NCBI GenBank assembly: GCA_963719515.1
Contig: CAVRCJ010000005.1
Span: forward strand, 32,001-96,000
DNA: 64,000 nt
Source of the DNA: an uncultured cyanobacterium
GTDB lineage: Bacteria > Cyanobacteriota > Cyanobacteriia > CAKZMO01
Direction: 5' to 3'
The notes beneath the pieces are model-generated. The model made no database searches. It had not been told where the DNA came from and saw only the letters and a program-made list of their open reading frames with translations. This document shows, piece after piece, positions 1 to 12,008 of the stretch; the stretch's first letter is position 1, and each line of letters opens with the position of its first letter. Both the position numbers and the translations under genes were made by a program.

Positions 1-404
1 TGCCGCCCGATGTACCGCCCGATGTGCCGCCCGATGTGCCGCCCAATGTGCCGCCGCCGGAGTCCGACAGCGCCGAAGACGAGCTTGACGCCGAGCTGCG
101 CCAGATAGAGCAGTCGGTGCAGGAACTGCGCGATCGCCATACTCAGGTGACCACAGCCCTGCAGGCCCAGCAAACTTTGAAGGTACAGCAGGCCCGACTG
201 CAGCACGAGCTGAGGCAGCACCGCACCGAGACGCTCAAGCAAGAGCTAGCCCAGGTGAAGAGCCGCATGGAAGAGCTAGAGCTGACGCTGGAAAGTCAGC
301 TGTTCTCCTGGGGCAGCCTCAGCGAGCCGTTTTGGCAGGCCGTTCGCTTCGGGGGCCTGGGCCTGCTGATTGGCTGGTTTTTGCGGGCAGCGGTCGGGTG
401 CTAA
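1..404 (+). CDS. Conserved cyanobacterial coiled-coil protein with C-terminal membrane anchor (5' end probably outside window)
   Basis: Frame is open from the window edge. Pro-rich PPDV repeats, a long heptad region and a C-terminal FWQAVRFGGLGLLIGW hydrophobic helix. Confidence 0.7.
   Translation, partial: PPDVPPDVPPDVPPNVPPPESDSAEDELDAELRQIEQSVQELRDRHTQVTTALQAQQTLKVQQARLQHELRQHRTETLKQELAQVKSRMEELELTLESQLFSWGSLSEPFWQAVRFGGLGLLIGWFLRAAVGC
3..58 (+). repeat. 12-nt coding tandem repeat (ccgcccgatgtg) encoding a PPDV linker
   Basis: About 4.5 copies visible at the window start. Confidence 0.8.
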
Positions 405-568
405 GGACCGGGGCGGGTAGCCTTCTGCGGCGTCAAGCCCTGAGGAAAGACTAGTGTGGCCGAGACTCTGTCAACGAGCGTTAACAAACTCTCCCGCAAT
501 CCCGTAGAATGTCATATCCTTTGGCGAACTCCCCTTAACGAGCGTTATCCTGCGTAGTAACCTCTGCT

Positions 569-1927
569 TTGCCGCTCTGCTGCCCCATACTTTTGTTGGT
601 TATGGTTGCACCCTCATTTGACAGCCCGCCTCCAAGCCGCTCGCCCTACTCACCGTCTTCTAGCGGGTCGGCTCAGGCTGTCTCTTTCGGTGAGACCTCC
701 CAGCAGTTCATGGCAGACAATCCGCTGTCCGTGGCTGGCGTAACCCGCTACATCCACGACCTAATTGAAGACGATCAGCAGCTGCGTCAGGTTTGGATTG
801 TTGGAGAAGTTTCTAGCGCCAGTCAATACCGCAGCGGCATTTTCTTCACGCTGCAGGACCCAGACGCCGACATGGCCATCAGCGCCGTTGTTTGGAGCAA
901 CCGTATCCGCCGCTTAGCGGTGATGCCAGAACCGGGTGAGCAAATTGTGGTTTTGGGGCAGGTTCGGGTCCATCAAAAGCGGGGGACTTACCAGCTCAAC
1001 GTCTGGCAAGCGCTGCCCGCAGGGGAAGGGCTAAGGGCTTTACGGTACCGTCAGCTGCGGCAGCGTCTGGCTGCTGAAGGTCTGTTTGAGGCAACGCAAA
1101 AGCGATCGCTACCCGCCCACCCAAGAACCGTCGCCGTTGTCACCTCGCCTCAAGCGGCCGCCTGGGGAGACATCTTGCGGACCCTGCGGCGGCGCTATCC
1201 GGGACTCCATATTTTGTTCTCTCCTGCCCTGGTGCAGGGGGATCAGGCTCCTGCGGCGATTGTGCAGGCCATTGAGCGGGTTCAAAAAGATCAGCGCGCC
1301 GAGGTCTTGATTTTGTCTCGCGGCGGGGGCGCGACGGAAGATATGACCTGCTTCAACGACGAGCGAGTGGTGCGGGCGATCGCTCAATGCCCCATTCCCA
1401 TCGTCTCCGGCATTGGTCACCAGCGGGACGAAACCCTAGCAGACCTGGCCGCAGATATCTGTGTTCATACCCCCACAGCAGCGGCAGAACAGGCGGTGCC
1501 TAAGCTCTCCGAGGTGTCCAGCGCCCACCACGAGCGGACGGTGGCACTACAGCAGACGGTAGCGCTTTTTCTTCAGTCACAGCACGATCGGCTCCAGCAC
1601 CTGCGATCGCGGCTCCGCTACCTGCAGCTCGGCCAACGCATTCAGCGGGAGGAGCGCACCATTAGCCGCCAGCGTCTAATTCTCCTGCAGGCAACGGCGC
1701 TGCGACTACAGCAAGCCGAGCACCAGCGCCAGATGCTCTCCCAAACCCTATCGTCCCTCGACCCACACCAGGTGCTCAGTCGGGGCTACGCTCTACTGCG
1801 TCAGGAGAACGGAACGGTTGTCCGCTCAGCTGATGACTTGGCCCCCGGCCAGACGCTGCAGGTGCAGCTGGCAGAGGGTAGGGCTCGGGTGCAGGTTCTA
1901 GACGTCAATCGGGGTGATGAACCATAG
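569..1927 (+). CDS. xseA: Exodeoxyribonuclease VII large subunit (true start probably ATG 602 or 710)
   Basis: OB-fold VWIVGEVSS, AVVTSPQAAAWGDI, RGGG, SGIGHQRD and TPTAAAE motifs; xseB follows. Confidence 0.95.
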   Translation: MPLCCPILLLVMVAPSFDSPPPSRSPYSPSSSGSAQAVSFGETSQQFMADNPLSVAGVTRYIHDLIEDDQQLRQVWIVGEVSSASQYRSGIFFTLQDPDADMAISAVVWSNRIRRLAVMPEPGEQIVVLGQVRVHQKRGTYQLNVWQALPAGEGLRALRYRQLRQRLAAEGLFEATQKRSLPAHPRTVAVVTSPQAAAWGDILRTLRRRYPGLHILFSPALVQGDQAPAAIVQAIERVQKDQRAEVLILSRGGGATEDMTCFNDERVVRAIAQCPIPIVSGIGHQRDETLADLAADICVHTPTAAAEQAVPKLSEVSSAHHERTVALQQTVALFLQSQHDRLQHLRSRLRYLQLGQRIQREERTISRQRLILLQATALRLQQAEHQRQMLSQTLSSLDPHQVLSRGYALLRQENGTVVRSADDLAPGQTLQVQLAEGRARVQVLDVNRGDEP

Positions 1928-2036
1928 CCTTTTGGAGGGGGATAGCTTTCCCCAAAAAACGCTGCTTACCGCTCTAGAAGTTTGACGCCCTGGGCTTGTG
2001 AGCCAACCCGTGAACCAACTTACCCCATAGCCCCCG

Positions 2037-2288
2037 ATGACCGACATAGAACATTCAAGTCTGCCCTCTTCCCAGCCCCCTCCGGATTCTGACTGGAACT
2101 ATGAGGCAACGGTTGCTGAGGTAGAGCAATTCATTCACCAAATCGAGACGGGGGAGCTAGAGCTTGCCGAGGTGTTTGACCAGTTCTCAGCCGCCGTTGA
2201 GCGACTGCAGCAGTGCGAAGCGTTTCTCAGCTACCACCGCCAGCAGGTTGATGTCCTCATAGAAACTCTCGACGCAAGCGACATCTGA
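2037..2288 (+). CDS. xseB: Exodeoxyribonuclease VII small subunit
   Basis: YEATVAEVEQFIHQIETGELELAEVF pattern, directly downstream of xseA. Confidence 0.92.
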   Translation: MTDIEHSSLPSSQPPPDSDWNYEATVAEVEQFIHQIETGELELAEVFDQFSAAVERLQQCEAFLSYHRQQVDVLIETLDASDI

Positions 2289-2321
2289 CGTCTGGCAGGT
2301 AGGGATATAGGCTGCTGGTCT

Positions 2322-2837
2322 TTAGAGGGTGGCGAATCCAAAGGTGACGTTAAACTCTTGGCACCAAACGACAGCCGACTGAAAATCTTCCACCGAGACG
2401 TCCTCTGGAATGGCGTAGCGCTGGCTGCCCGTGGTTGACTGCAGCTCTCCAAGGTTAACGAACTGCTCTGAACTATAGCTTTGGGGAACAGCTTCTCTGT
2501 GAAGCAATACGAATAGGTCTGGCCCGTCGTCAGACTGGAAGGCGTCGTCAAACTCGAGGTAGCGTTTGCCGTCTACCTCGACGACAGTTGCGGTCCCTAT
2601 TGTGGGGTGATCGACCCCCTGAAATTCTCCGCTTTGGGTGGTGGCAACCGCTGCCCCGGCGCAGGGATTGGCGGCGCAAGGATTGGCGGCGCAGGGATTG
2701 GCGGCACAGGGATTGGCGGCACAGGGATTGGCGGCACAGGGGCTCGCCTGGGCGGGCTGGACGTCCGCGATGACGGCAAGTGAGCCTAGAGAGATTGTGG
2801 ACGAAATGGCTAGGGCGACGAGGTAAGAGAGCTTCAT
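2322..2837 (-). CDS. Secreted DM13-domain protein with N-terminal (N/S)PCAA x6 cysteine repeat
   Basis: Signal peptide. HPTIGTATV, DGPDLFVLL, GSQRYAIP and VVWCQEFNVTFG match the DM13 pattern. Confidence 0.85.
   Translation of the reverse strand: MKLSYLVALAISSTISLGSLAVIADVQPAQASPCAANPCAANPCAANPCAANPCAANPCAGAAVATTQSGEFQGVDHPTIGTATVVEVDGKRYLEFDDAFQSDDGPDLFVLLHREAVPQSYSSEQFVNLGELQSTTGSQRYAIPEDVSVEDFQSAVVWCQEFNVTFGFATL
2658..2745 (-). repeat. 15-nt tandem repeat (ggcgcagggattggc on +) encoding NPCAA x6
   Basis: Six units read directly from the sequence. Confidence 0.95.
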
Positions 2838-2994
2838 AGGACCTGTTTCTTTTGGGTGTAGGGGTGGTTTGTAGCTCCGAAAGCTTGGCTACAGGTCTTA
2901 GTAAACTGGTGAAGCCTGAATTTACCCTGAGCTCAAGGTGCTTTCCCGATGAGCTTTAGCTGAACAGAAAATCATGTCCTCGTGCCCCGGTCGG

Positions 2995-3453
2995 TTAGAG
3001 GCGCGTTAGGGATACGGCATCAATATACTCGCGCCAGCGCTGAATTCGCCCACCTCGAAGGTCGATAGCGATCGCGTCTTCTGCCCGCGAAGTCTGCCCC
3101 GTCGAGAGATCTGTGTCCTCCCAGTACCACTCTAGGAGGGCGCGGTTGCCCTGCACCACGAGGTTGCGAAGCTCGATGGTATTGACTTCATAGGTCGTGA
3201 TATAGGCCTGAAACGCCTCTAGGATGGCCTCTGGTCCTCTGCAGACCTGACCTGGAAAAATAAATTCACCTTCGTCCCAGAATAGAGCGGCGAAGGCCTG
3301 ACCATCACCCTCTAGCCAGGCTCGTCTAGCCTGGGAGATGATGGCTCGGAAATCTGAATGGCTGTCCGACAATAGACTCAAGGGTCCACTATAAAAAATG
3401 GGAGTCAGGCCAATAGCGCGAAGAAATTGACGCCTCTGCACGGTGCTGCTCAA
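2995..3453 (-). CDS. SnoaL-like / NTF2-fold protein, possible Tat signal
   Basis: RRQFL N-terminus; GRIQRWREYID C-terminal NTF2-like motif. Confidence 0.75.
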   Translation of the reverse strand: MSSTVQRRQFLRAIGLTPIFYSGPLSLLSDSHSDFRAIISQARRAWLEGDGQAFAALFWDEGEFIFPGQVCRGPEAILEAFQAYITTYEVNTIELRNLVVQGNRALLEWYWEDTDLSTGQTSRAEDAIAIDLRGGRIQRWREYIDAVSLTRL

Positions 3454-3712
3454 CTGTTCGTTCTAAGTATGGCTTCAAGCGAGCGAGCGGTGCCTTTTGG
3501 TAGGCCAACTCTCGCGTGACGCGCCACAAGCCGATTGAGAAGTGATCGGCGGTCATGAGCGCCTTGTTCTTCTGCCCGAGGGTGCACCTCCTGGCCAGAG
3601 CCACTTCATCCACTTAAATTTGTGATAGGGGTGATGAGGACTCTATGGGGTGAGTGACGGAAGCTCTCTTTCCTAGGCTAGCGGCGATCGAGGAATTTTC
3701 GGCATAGAGGCG

Positions 3713-4549
3713 TTACCGATGCAGCGCTTCAGCATGATGCCGCACATGGTCCCCAATTACCGTCGCAATAAAGTAATAGCTGTGGTCATAGCCTGGATGG
3801 CGACGCAGCATTAGCGGCTGATTGACTTCGCCGCAGGCTGCCTCAAATATCTCCGGCAGCAGCTGACCTTGAGCTAAGAACGAATCGTCCTCCCCTTGGT
3901 CTACCAAAATCGGATAGTCGTGCTGCTGCAGGCGTACGACCTCGCTGGCATCGTAGGCCCGCCATTCTGATTCGTGTCCTAGGTAAAGGCCAAATGCCTT
4001 CTTGCCCCAGTCGCACTGAGTCGGGGCGGCGATGGGGGCAATAGCCGAAATCGACCGGTAGCGATCGCGGTGGCGGAGGCCGCAGACCAGTGCCCCGTGG
4101 CCCCCCATGGAGTGACCGCAAATGCTGGCGCGATCGTCGACGGGGAAGTTGTCTTGAATGATGCGGGGCAGCTCTTCGGCGACATAGCTGTACATCTGGT
4201 AGTGCTGTCGCCAAGGCTCGGCGGTGGCATCGACGTAAAAGCCCGCCCCGCTGCCAATGTCCCAATCGTTGTCTTCACCAGGAATACCGGTGCTGCGGGG
4301 GCTGGTGTCAGGGGCGACAAGCATAATGCCCTGCTCGGCGGCGTAGCGCTGGGCTCCGGCCTTAGTGGTGAAGTTCTCCTCGGTGCAGGTGAGGCCGGAG
4401 AGGAAGTAAAGCACCGGCACGGGGCCATCTTTAGCCTGAGGCGGGATGTAGACCGCAAAGTTCATTTTGCTGTGGCAGAGGTTGGAGGTGTGGCTGTAGA
4501 AGCCGACGGTGCCGTCAAAGCAGGTGTATTGATTGCGGAGGGTCAGCAT
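3713..4549 (-). CDS. fghA: S-formylglutathione hydrolase
   Basis: LSGLTCTEENF, GHSMGGHGA nucleophile elbow and GYDHSYYF; adjacent to frmA. Confidence 0.95.
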   Translation of the reverse strand: MLTLRNQYTCFDGTVGFYSHTSNLCHSKMNFAVYIPPQAKDGPVPVLYFLSGLTCTEENFTTKAGAQRYAAEQGIMLVAPDTSPRSTGIPGEDNDWDIGSGAGFYVDATAEPWRQHYQMYSYVAEELPRIIQDNFPVDDRASICGHSMGGHGALVCGLRHRDRYRSISAIAPIAAPTQCDWGKKAFGLYLGHESEWRAYDASEVVRLQQHDYPILVDQGEDDSFLAQGQLLPEIFEAACGEVNQPLMLRRHPGYDHSYYFIATVIGDHVRHHAEALHR

Positions 4550-4662
4550 AGGAAATGAATTTTGGAATGTCGATCGGTTAGGGACACAGCCTGATGCGTC
4601 CGTACGCTTTCGGGGATGCATCTAGAAATACTAAGCGGTCACGGGACGTAGAAGATGCAGTC

Positions 4663-5772
4663 TTAGAACGTCAAAACCGTGCGAATTGACTCACCCTTGT
4701 GCATGAGCTCAAAGGCCTCATTCACCTGCTCTACCGGCATCACGTGGGTAATCAGGTCATCAATGTCGAGCTTGCCGTCCATGTACCAATCCACGATCTT
4801 GGGCACGTCAGTGCGGCCCCTGGCCCCACCAAACGCCGACCCGCGCCAAACGCGCCCCGTCACCAGCTGAAACGGACGGGTACTGATCTCCTCTCCCGCC
4901 CCCGCGACGCCAATCACCACGCTCTCCCCCCAGCCCTTGTGGCAGGCCTCCAGCGCCTGGCGCATCAGCTTCACGCTGCCCACGCATTCGAAGGTGTAGT
5001 CCGCCCCGCCCCTGGTCAAGTCCACTAGGTAGGGCACCAAATCTCCCTCCACCTCTTTGGGGTTGACGAAGTGGGTCATGCCAAAAGACTCGGCGATCGC
5101 CTTTTTATCGGGGTTGATATCCACGCCGATAATTTGGTTCGCCCCTACCATGCGGCAGGCCTGAATAACGTTGAGGCCAATGCCTCCTAGACCAAACACG
5201 ATTACGTTTGCGCCTGGCTCCACCTTGGCGGTGTTGATTACCGCGCCGACGCCCGTCGTAACGCCGCAGCCGATATAGCACACCTTCTCAAAGGGGGCGT
5301 CCTCACGAATCTTAGCAACGGCAATTTCAGGCAGCACCGTATAGTTGGCAAACGTCGAGGTGCCCATATAGTGGTACAGCGGCTTGCCGTTCAGGGAAAA
5401 TCGGCTGGTGCCGTCGGGCATGAGGCCCTTGCCCTGGGTGCTCCGAATGGCCTGACAGAGGTTGGTCTTCATGTTGAGGCAGTACTCGCACTGGCGGCAC
5501 TCTGGCGTATACAGCGGAATGACGTGATCCCCCGGTTTAACGCTGGAGACCTCTGGCCCCACCTCTACCACAACCCCAGCGCCCTCGTGCCCCAGAATGG
5601 TCGGAAACAGCCCCTCTGGGTCTCTGCCCGACAGAGTGTAGGCGTCGGTGTGACAGACGCCGGTTGCCTTAATCTCGATCAGCACTTCCCCCGCTTTCGG
5701 GCCTTCTAGCTGAACGGTTTCAAGGGTAAGAGGAGCCTTGGCCTCAAGAGCGATCGCGGCTTTAACGTCCAT
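4663..5772 (-). CDS. frmA: S-(hydroxymethyl)glutathione dehydrogenase / class III alcohol dehydrogenase
   Basis: [18 protein letters not shown], structural-zinc cysteines and [12 protein letters not shown]. Confidence 0.97.
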   Translation of the reverse strand: MDVKAAIALEAKAPLTLETVQLEGPKAGEVLIEIKATGVCHTDAYTLSGRDPEGLFPTILGHEGAGVVVEVGPEVSSVKPGDHVIPLYTPECRQCEYCLNMKTNLCQAIRSTQGKGLMPDGTSRFSLNGKPLYHYMGTSTFANYTVLPEIAVAKIREDAPFEKVCYIGCGVTTGVGAVINTAKVEPGANVIVFGLGGIGLNVIQACRMVGANQIIGVDINPDKKAIAESFGMTHFVNPKEVEGDLVPYLVDLTRGGADYTFECVGSVKLMRQALEACHKGWGESVVIGVAGAGEEISTRPFQLVTGRVWRGSAFGGARGRTDVPKIVDWYMDGKLDIDDLITHVMPVEQVNEAFELMHKGESIRTVLTF

Positions 5773-5839
5773 AGCAAGTAGAGTAGGTAGGTATTTCGGA
5801 GAATGTCGTTTTGAGGAGAACCGAAGTCAGCTCAATCCG

Positions 5840-6484
5840 TTAGGGCGAAGCCACCGCCCAAGCGGCCTCGAAAAACGCCAGCTCGCACTCCATAGCATAG
5901 CGGTAGGTTGGTCTTACTTCGGGGGAGTGGGTGCCGTAGGTGTCGGTGAGTGCCGCTAGCTGGGTGACTAAGCCCTCGAACTCATCACCGCTGTAGGTCC
6001 GAATCCAGTCGGCGTAGCGGTGCTGGGGCACAGCGGGCTGGGCCAGCTCTTTTCCCAAAGCCGCATAGAGCCGCATGCAGGGGGTCATGGCAGCGGTGAT
6101 GATGCCTAGGTCTTTTCCCCAAGCGGTGGACAAAAGAAAGTCGGTATAGCGCCGGGTCGCGGCTCCGGGGCTTACGTCATTGAGTTCTACGCCCCAGGAG
6201 GCCGCATAGCCCTGATGCAGCGTCAGCTCCTCTAGCACTCCCGCCGCCAGCTGGTGAAACACCTGAAAGCTTTGCCAGTCTGACGCTTTAGCAGCGGCAA
6301 TGCTGTAGGCCCGGGCAAAGGCCTCTAGGAAAAATGCGTCTTGGCCAACGTAATAGCTAAAGATTTCTTTGGAGAGCGAACCGTCGGCAAGCCCCTGCAC
6401 AAAGGGGTGGTGAAGACAGGCGATCGCCAGGTCTTGGTTCTCTTGCCAGAGCTGTTGAGAAAGGGTTGGCGTTACCGAAAGCAT
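5840..6484 (-). CDS. tenA: TenA/thiaminase II family protein
   Basis: HHPFVQGLADGSL, YVGQDAFFL, PCMRLY, YADWIRTY and ELAFF. Confidence 0.88.
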   Translation of the reverse strand: MLSVTPTLSQQLWQENQDLAIACLHHPFVQGLADGSLSKEIFSYYVGQDAFFLEAFARAYSIAAAKASDWQSFQVFHQLAAGVLEELTLHQGYAASWGVELNDVSPGAATRRYTDFLLSTAWGKDLGIITAAMTPCMRLYAALGKELAQPAVPQHRYADWIRTYSGDEFEGLVTQLAALTDTYGTHSPEVRPTYRYAMECELAFFEAAWAVASP

Positions 6485-6640
6485 TGCACCAAAGATAGTT
6501 CCGGGACTCAAATTATCGTCAGTACTAGAGTGGGGGTGAGCGATCGCGCCTAGAAAACCAGACACGACGCCCACCCCCACAATCCGTGTCAGAGCCAAAG
6601 GTTAACCCTGGCAAAGACCCAAACGGTCGGACCTATTGAA

Positions 6641-7639
6641 CTAAGCCCTAGCCGCAGCAGGCTGCTTCTCAGCAGTGATTTTCTCGTAGGCCTCTCGCAT
6701 CTTCAGGCCCACGAGCACCTGAAATAGTCCGGTTCCGTTGTTGGAGCCCGGATACTCGCGGTGCTTAAGCAGCAGCTCGGTCATCTCGCCGTAGAACTTC
6801 GCTGAGGTGTTGCTGAGGTGGCTCTCGACGTAAATCATCTCTTCGAGCTTGTCAAACTGGCCGTCTACCTCTAGCACCGATACTTCGTTGCCGTAGTAGG
6901 CGTCAGGACCGTAGTACATGCGGAACCCTGGGTAAGAGCAGGTCAGCTTGCGGCCGCAGGGCGTCCAGTTGATAGTAGAGCCTTCGTCGAACAGGTAGAC
7001 CGGATCGAAACCCTGACCCTCTCTTTGAATCAGGCGCACGCGTAGGATCTTGCGCTCCTTATCGTCGGGAATCAAGTTTGTGGGGAGCACCTGAATGACA
7101 ACGTCGGCATACTGCTTCTGTACATCAATGTAGGCCTCGAAGTCGGGGCGACGGGCATTGATAGAGGCAATAACGTCTTCGTAGGTGTGGCCTCGCTCGG
7201 CCATGTCGCGCTGAATCTTCCAGGCCACTTTGACCTCATCGCCAATATCCAGATAGACGCTGAAGTCGAGCAGCTCGCGTACCCGCTCGTCATACATCGG
7301 GTGTAAGCCCTCAATGACGATGATGTTGTTGGGTTCGATGCGCTCAGGGGGATCAAGCTCGCCAGTCTCGTGGTTGTAGATTGGCTTGTCGATAGCTTGT
7401 CCCTCTTTCAAAGCTTTGATCTGCTCATACATCAGATCAAAGTTATTCGCCTTCGGATTCAGCGCGGTAACGCCGGCTTTCTTCCGTCCCTTACGATCCA
7501 GGCTGTGGTAGTCGTCAAGACAGATCACCGTCATAAATTCTTCACCGAACAAATCACTTAGGCGGCGCAAGAACGTGGACTTACCACACCCAGAATCTCC
7601 GGCAACACCAATCAAAACCACCCGGTCTGGCTTACTCAT
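6641..7639 (-). CDS. prk: Phosphoribulokinase
   Basis: GVAGDSGCGKST P-loop, CLDDYHSLDR and KIQRDMAERGH. Confidence 0.98.
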   Translation of the reverse strand: MSKPDRVVLIGVAGDSGCGKSTFLRRLSDLFGEEFMTVICLDDYHSLDRKGRKKAGVTALNPKANNFDLMYEQIKALKEGQAIDKPIYNHETGELDPPERIEPNNIIVIEGLHPMYDERVRELLDFSVYLDIGDEVKVAWKIQRDMAERGHTYEDVIASINARRPDFEAYIDVQKQYADVVIQVLPTNLIPDDKERKILRVRLIQREGQGFDPVYLFDEGSTINWTPCGRKLTCSYPGFRMYYGPDAYYGNEVSVLEVDGQFDKLEEMIYVESHLSNTSAKFYGEMTELLLKHREYPGSNNGTGLFQVLVGLKMREAYEKITAEKQPAAARA

Positions 7640-8553
7640 TAGGCTCCCTCAACAAACAGTCTTAATAAACTATAAACAAACAGCAAAACATCCATACTAG
7701 AAGCTAGGATTGAGCAAAATCGCCCTGACCTCCTGCCCAAATGTGTGAGTCACCTCACAAGGGAAGTTCACATAAGATGCTATGTGTACAATATCAGCAT
7801 CACCGACTGTGCCTGCAAAAACGACGCGATCGCTTCTCCAACAATGCTGGAGATTTGCGCTCAGCAGCCTTTATTCGGAGGTACAAAGACGCTTAGGCCC
7901 CATTTGCGATGGATTGACAGCACCTCGGGACAAAAAATCGCCTACGGTTCTACCAACAGCTCCGTAAAGCCGTAGCGATCGCTGGGATCGACGAACTGCG
8001 TACTAAACCGGTTAAGTATTTAGTACTAGATATCACCGTTGATATTACCAGAAGCCGATCCCCACTACAAGGCTGATTTGAGCTGAGATTGTCTTAATTT
8101 CGGTCAACCTGGTTTACCGTCGCAGCGAGGCCCTGAATGTGTCTATAGCGACACAATTGTCAAGAGAATTTCGGTAGCTCCAAATTTTGGCTCTATTGAC
8201 GACGCAAACGGCAACATTGCTAACAGCGTCCTACCGTAAGCTCTGCTAGCCTAGAAACCCAAGCGGCGGCGCAGGACAGCAGGCTGCGTAACTGCATAGC
8301 TCAGCCTCTGGGGAAAGCCCGGAAGAAAGGCGAGAAAAACATGGAGAAATAGACTCCTTCAAGGTTTCCCGAGTTATTGCCAGTATGGGGTTAGGGTTGG
8401 ACTAGCTCGTCCGGATGACTTGTCAATGTTAGGCTAATAAAAATTGCTCTACTGCTAGAACTTACTCTCTCACGCTTCTAAAAATACAACGTGCGATTGA
8501 TCTAGCGGGGGCAAGGGCGTTGGCGGTTAGTCGCGCCAAACTTTGATATATAG

Positions 8554-9816
<1,263 letters not shown>

Positions 9817-9880
9817 TTGGGGTTTCGAAGGCGTATGTGCTCGTATTCTTCGATAGGAGTACAAGGGATGTGACCGTTTT

Positions 9881-9909
9881 ATAGGGACATGGCAATGCCG
9901 TGTCCCTAT
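9881..9909. terminator. Hairpin / REP-like palindrome downstream of petH
   Basis: atagggaca-tggcaatgccg-tgtccctat inverted repeat between convergent genes. Confidence 0.55.
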
Positions 9910-9970
9910 CTATTTTGCGCCCCATCAGGGCGAGCGGCCGTCCACCCTGATGGGGCAGCGGGCGGTTGGG

Positions 9971-10255
9971 CTAGCTCGCCAGTTTTGACCGCGCTGTCTT
10001 GATCATTGCAATCAAGGTCTGATGGGCATCTTCAGAATCTTGCAGCTCGTGGTCGAAGGTGATTTGTAGGGGCAGGGTCTTCTCTTCGGTCTGCACCAGC
10101 AGGCTCATCGACTGTGGCTCAATTTTGAGCATCTGCGCGGCGATCGCACCCTCGACGCCGTGGGCCTTGGCGTACATCAGCACCGCGTCGGCGTGGTCGT
10201 CGTTCATATGGGTGCAGATGCGATCGCTTACGGGTTGGGTAATGGGGTCGGCCAT
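9971..10255 (-). CDS. DUF2470 family (HugZ/GluTR-binding-like) protein
   Basis: SDRICTHMNDDHADAV and DAHQTLIAM motifs. Confidence 0.88.
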   Translation of the reverse strand: MADPITQPVSDRICTHMNDDHADAVLMYAKAHGVEGAIAAQMLKIEPQSMSLLVQTEEKTLPLQITFDHELQDSEDAHQTLIAMIKTARSKLAS

Positions 10256-10347
10256 TGGAGGTTCCTATAATTTAGAACGTATCAGGGCTGGGGACGAACA
10301 AAATTTAGAATCGTCAGAAGAAAAGTGCGCTGCGGGCTGGGGCAAGA

Positions 10348-10461
10348 TCAGCCGCTGGGCTGAGTGAGCCAAAATAGGCCCAACCGAACAATGCTGAGGC
10401 CAATAAACCCAATCAGCAAGATGCTAATCGTAACGTTGACAATGTCTTTTGCTCGCTTCAT
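10348..10461 (-). CDS. Possible 37-aa single-pass membrane protein
   Basis: MKRAKDIVNVTISILLIGFIGLSIVRLGLFWLTQPSG fills the intergenic gap: basic N-terminus followed by a TM helix. Confidence 0.45.
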   Translation of the reverse strand: MKRAKDIVNVTISILLIGFIGLSIVRLGLFWLTQPSG

Positions 10462-10564
10462 AGTAGCCCCGACAGTACTTAGCTCTGTGATTTTATCAAA
10501 ATCGTCTTTGGGCTGACAAAGACTCTTACAATTGATCCACGTACTGTTGACAAGAGACTGGGCT

Positions 10565-11884
10565 GTGGCATTCAACGTTGGGCTATTGGGACTAGGAACC
10601 GTCGGTGCCGGGACGGCGGATATCTTACTAAATCCGTCAGGGCGGCATCCGCTCCTGCAGGAGGTGCAGCTGCACCGGGTAGGGGTGCGATCGCTGGACA
10701 AATCGCGGGCAGCGGCAGTCTCCTCGGAGCGCCTGACCACAGACCTTTCTGCCATTGTCACCGATCCCGAAGTAGACATCGTGGTGGAGGTGATTGGCGG
10801 GCTAGAACCGGCGCGATCCCTGATGCTAAAGGCGATCGCCCATGGCAAACACATCGTCACCGCCAATAAAGCTCTCATTGCCCGCCACGGCGAGGAAATC
10901 TTCGCCGCCGCTAAGTCTACTGGCGTATATGTGCTGCTGGAAGCGGCAGTGGGCGGCGGCATTCCGGTAATTGAGCCGCTAAAGCATTCCCTGTGCGCTA
11001 ACCGCATCCACGCCATTACCGGTATCGTCAACGGCACCACGAATTACATCTTGACCCGCATGCAGCGCGAGCGAGGAGACTTCGATGCGATCTTGGCCGA
11101 CGCCCAGCGGCTGGGCTACGCGGAGGCTGACCCCACAGCAGACGTTGACGGCCTTGATGCCGCTGACAAAATTGCTATCCTAGCCTCCCTTGCCTTTGGC
11201 GGACGGGTGAACCTCGACGACATCTACTGCGAGGGTATCCGCCAGGTGAGTGCCGCCGATGTCGCCTATGCCGAGCGGCTCAATTTTGTGGTCAAACTGT
11301 TAGCGATCGCCACCCGCAGCCCGGAAGAGGAGCAGCTTCAAGTGCGGGTCCACCCCACTTTAGTGCCGCAGCAGCACCCGCTGGCCAGCGTTCATGAGGT
11401 TTACAACGCCATCTTGGTTGAAGGTGAGCCCATAGGACAGGTCATGTTCTACGGTCCCGGCGCTGGGGCAGGCCCCACCGCCAGCGCTGTAGTAGCCGAT
11501 ATTCTGAACGTAGCCGCGCTGCTCAAGCTAGGCCACAGCGGCGTTACGACCGCAGCGGGCACGCCCCTGCTCGACCCCCTATTGGCCCCTACCCATGCTC
11601 ACACCTGGCGCTTGACGCCCGTATCGGAGCTGGTGACGCGCTTCTACGTACGGCTGCTGGCTAAGGACTGCCCTGGGGTAATCGGGCGGCTGGGCCACGG
11701 ATTTGGGGATCACGACGTCAGCCTAGAATCGGTGGTCCAGATTGGTCTCCGGGATGACCTGGCTGAGATCGTCGTCATTACCCACGAGGTGCGAGAAGGC
11801 AACGCCATGGCCGCTATCGAACAGCTCCGCCACGACGAGGCGATCGCCGAAATTCCTAGCGTGCTGCGGGTGCTCTCGGCTTAG
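10565..11884 (+). CDS. hom: Homoserine dehydrogenase with C-terminal ACT domain
   Basis: GLLGLGTVG, EAAVGGGIP, NGTTNYIL, GYAEADP and GAGAGPTASAV. Confidence 0.96.
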   Translation: MAFNVGLLGLGTVGAGTADILLNPSGRHPLLQEVQLHRVGVRSLDKSRAAAVSSERLTTDLSAIVTDPEVDIVVEVIGGLEPARSLMLKAIAHGKHIVTANKALIARHGEEIFAAAKSTGVYVLLEAAVGGGIPVIEPLKHSLCANRIHAITGIVNGTTNYILTRMQRERGDFDAILADAQRLGYAEADPTADVDGLDAADKIAILASLAFGGRVNLDDIYCEGIRQVSAADVAYAERLNFVVKLLAIATRSPEEEQLQVRVHPTLVPQQHPLASVHEVYNAILVEGEPIGQVMFYGPGAGAGPTASAVVADILNVAALLKLGHSGVTTAAGTPLLDPLLAPTHAHTWRLTPVSELVTRFYVRLLAKDCPGVIGRLGHGFGDHDVSLESVVQIGLRDDLAEIVVITHEVREGNAMAAIEQLRHDEAIAEIPSVLRVLSA

Positions 11885-12008
11885 ATATAGCAAATGTTCT
11901 GATGCATTAGGACATTTGAGTAAGTGGCCGACACAACGTCAGGCTTTCAGGCGATTTTGGTGTCCTAAGCAACTGAACCAATGCAATATTGCGCTGCCCC
12001 TGCTCTGC

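Noticed and set aside
3389..3613. 74-aa ORF between the SnoaL-like gene and fghA
   Set aside because: It has no recognisable motif, a weak start, and overlaps the neighbouring gene, so it cannot be supported.
10462..11040. 230-aa minus-strand ORF and similar long shadow ORFs (e.g. 19352-19873, 45014-45820, 59279-59851)
   Set aside because: They are antisense or off-frame to well-supported genes in GC-rich DNA and have no recognisable motifs.
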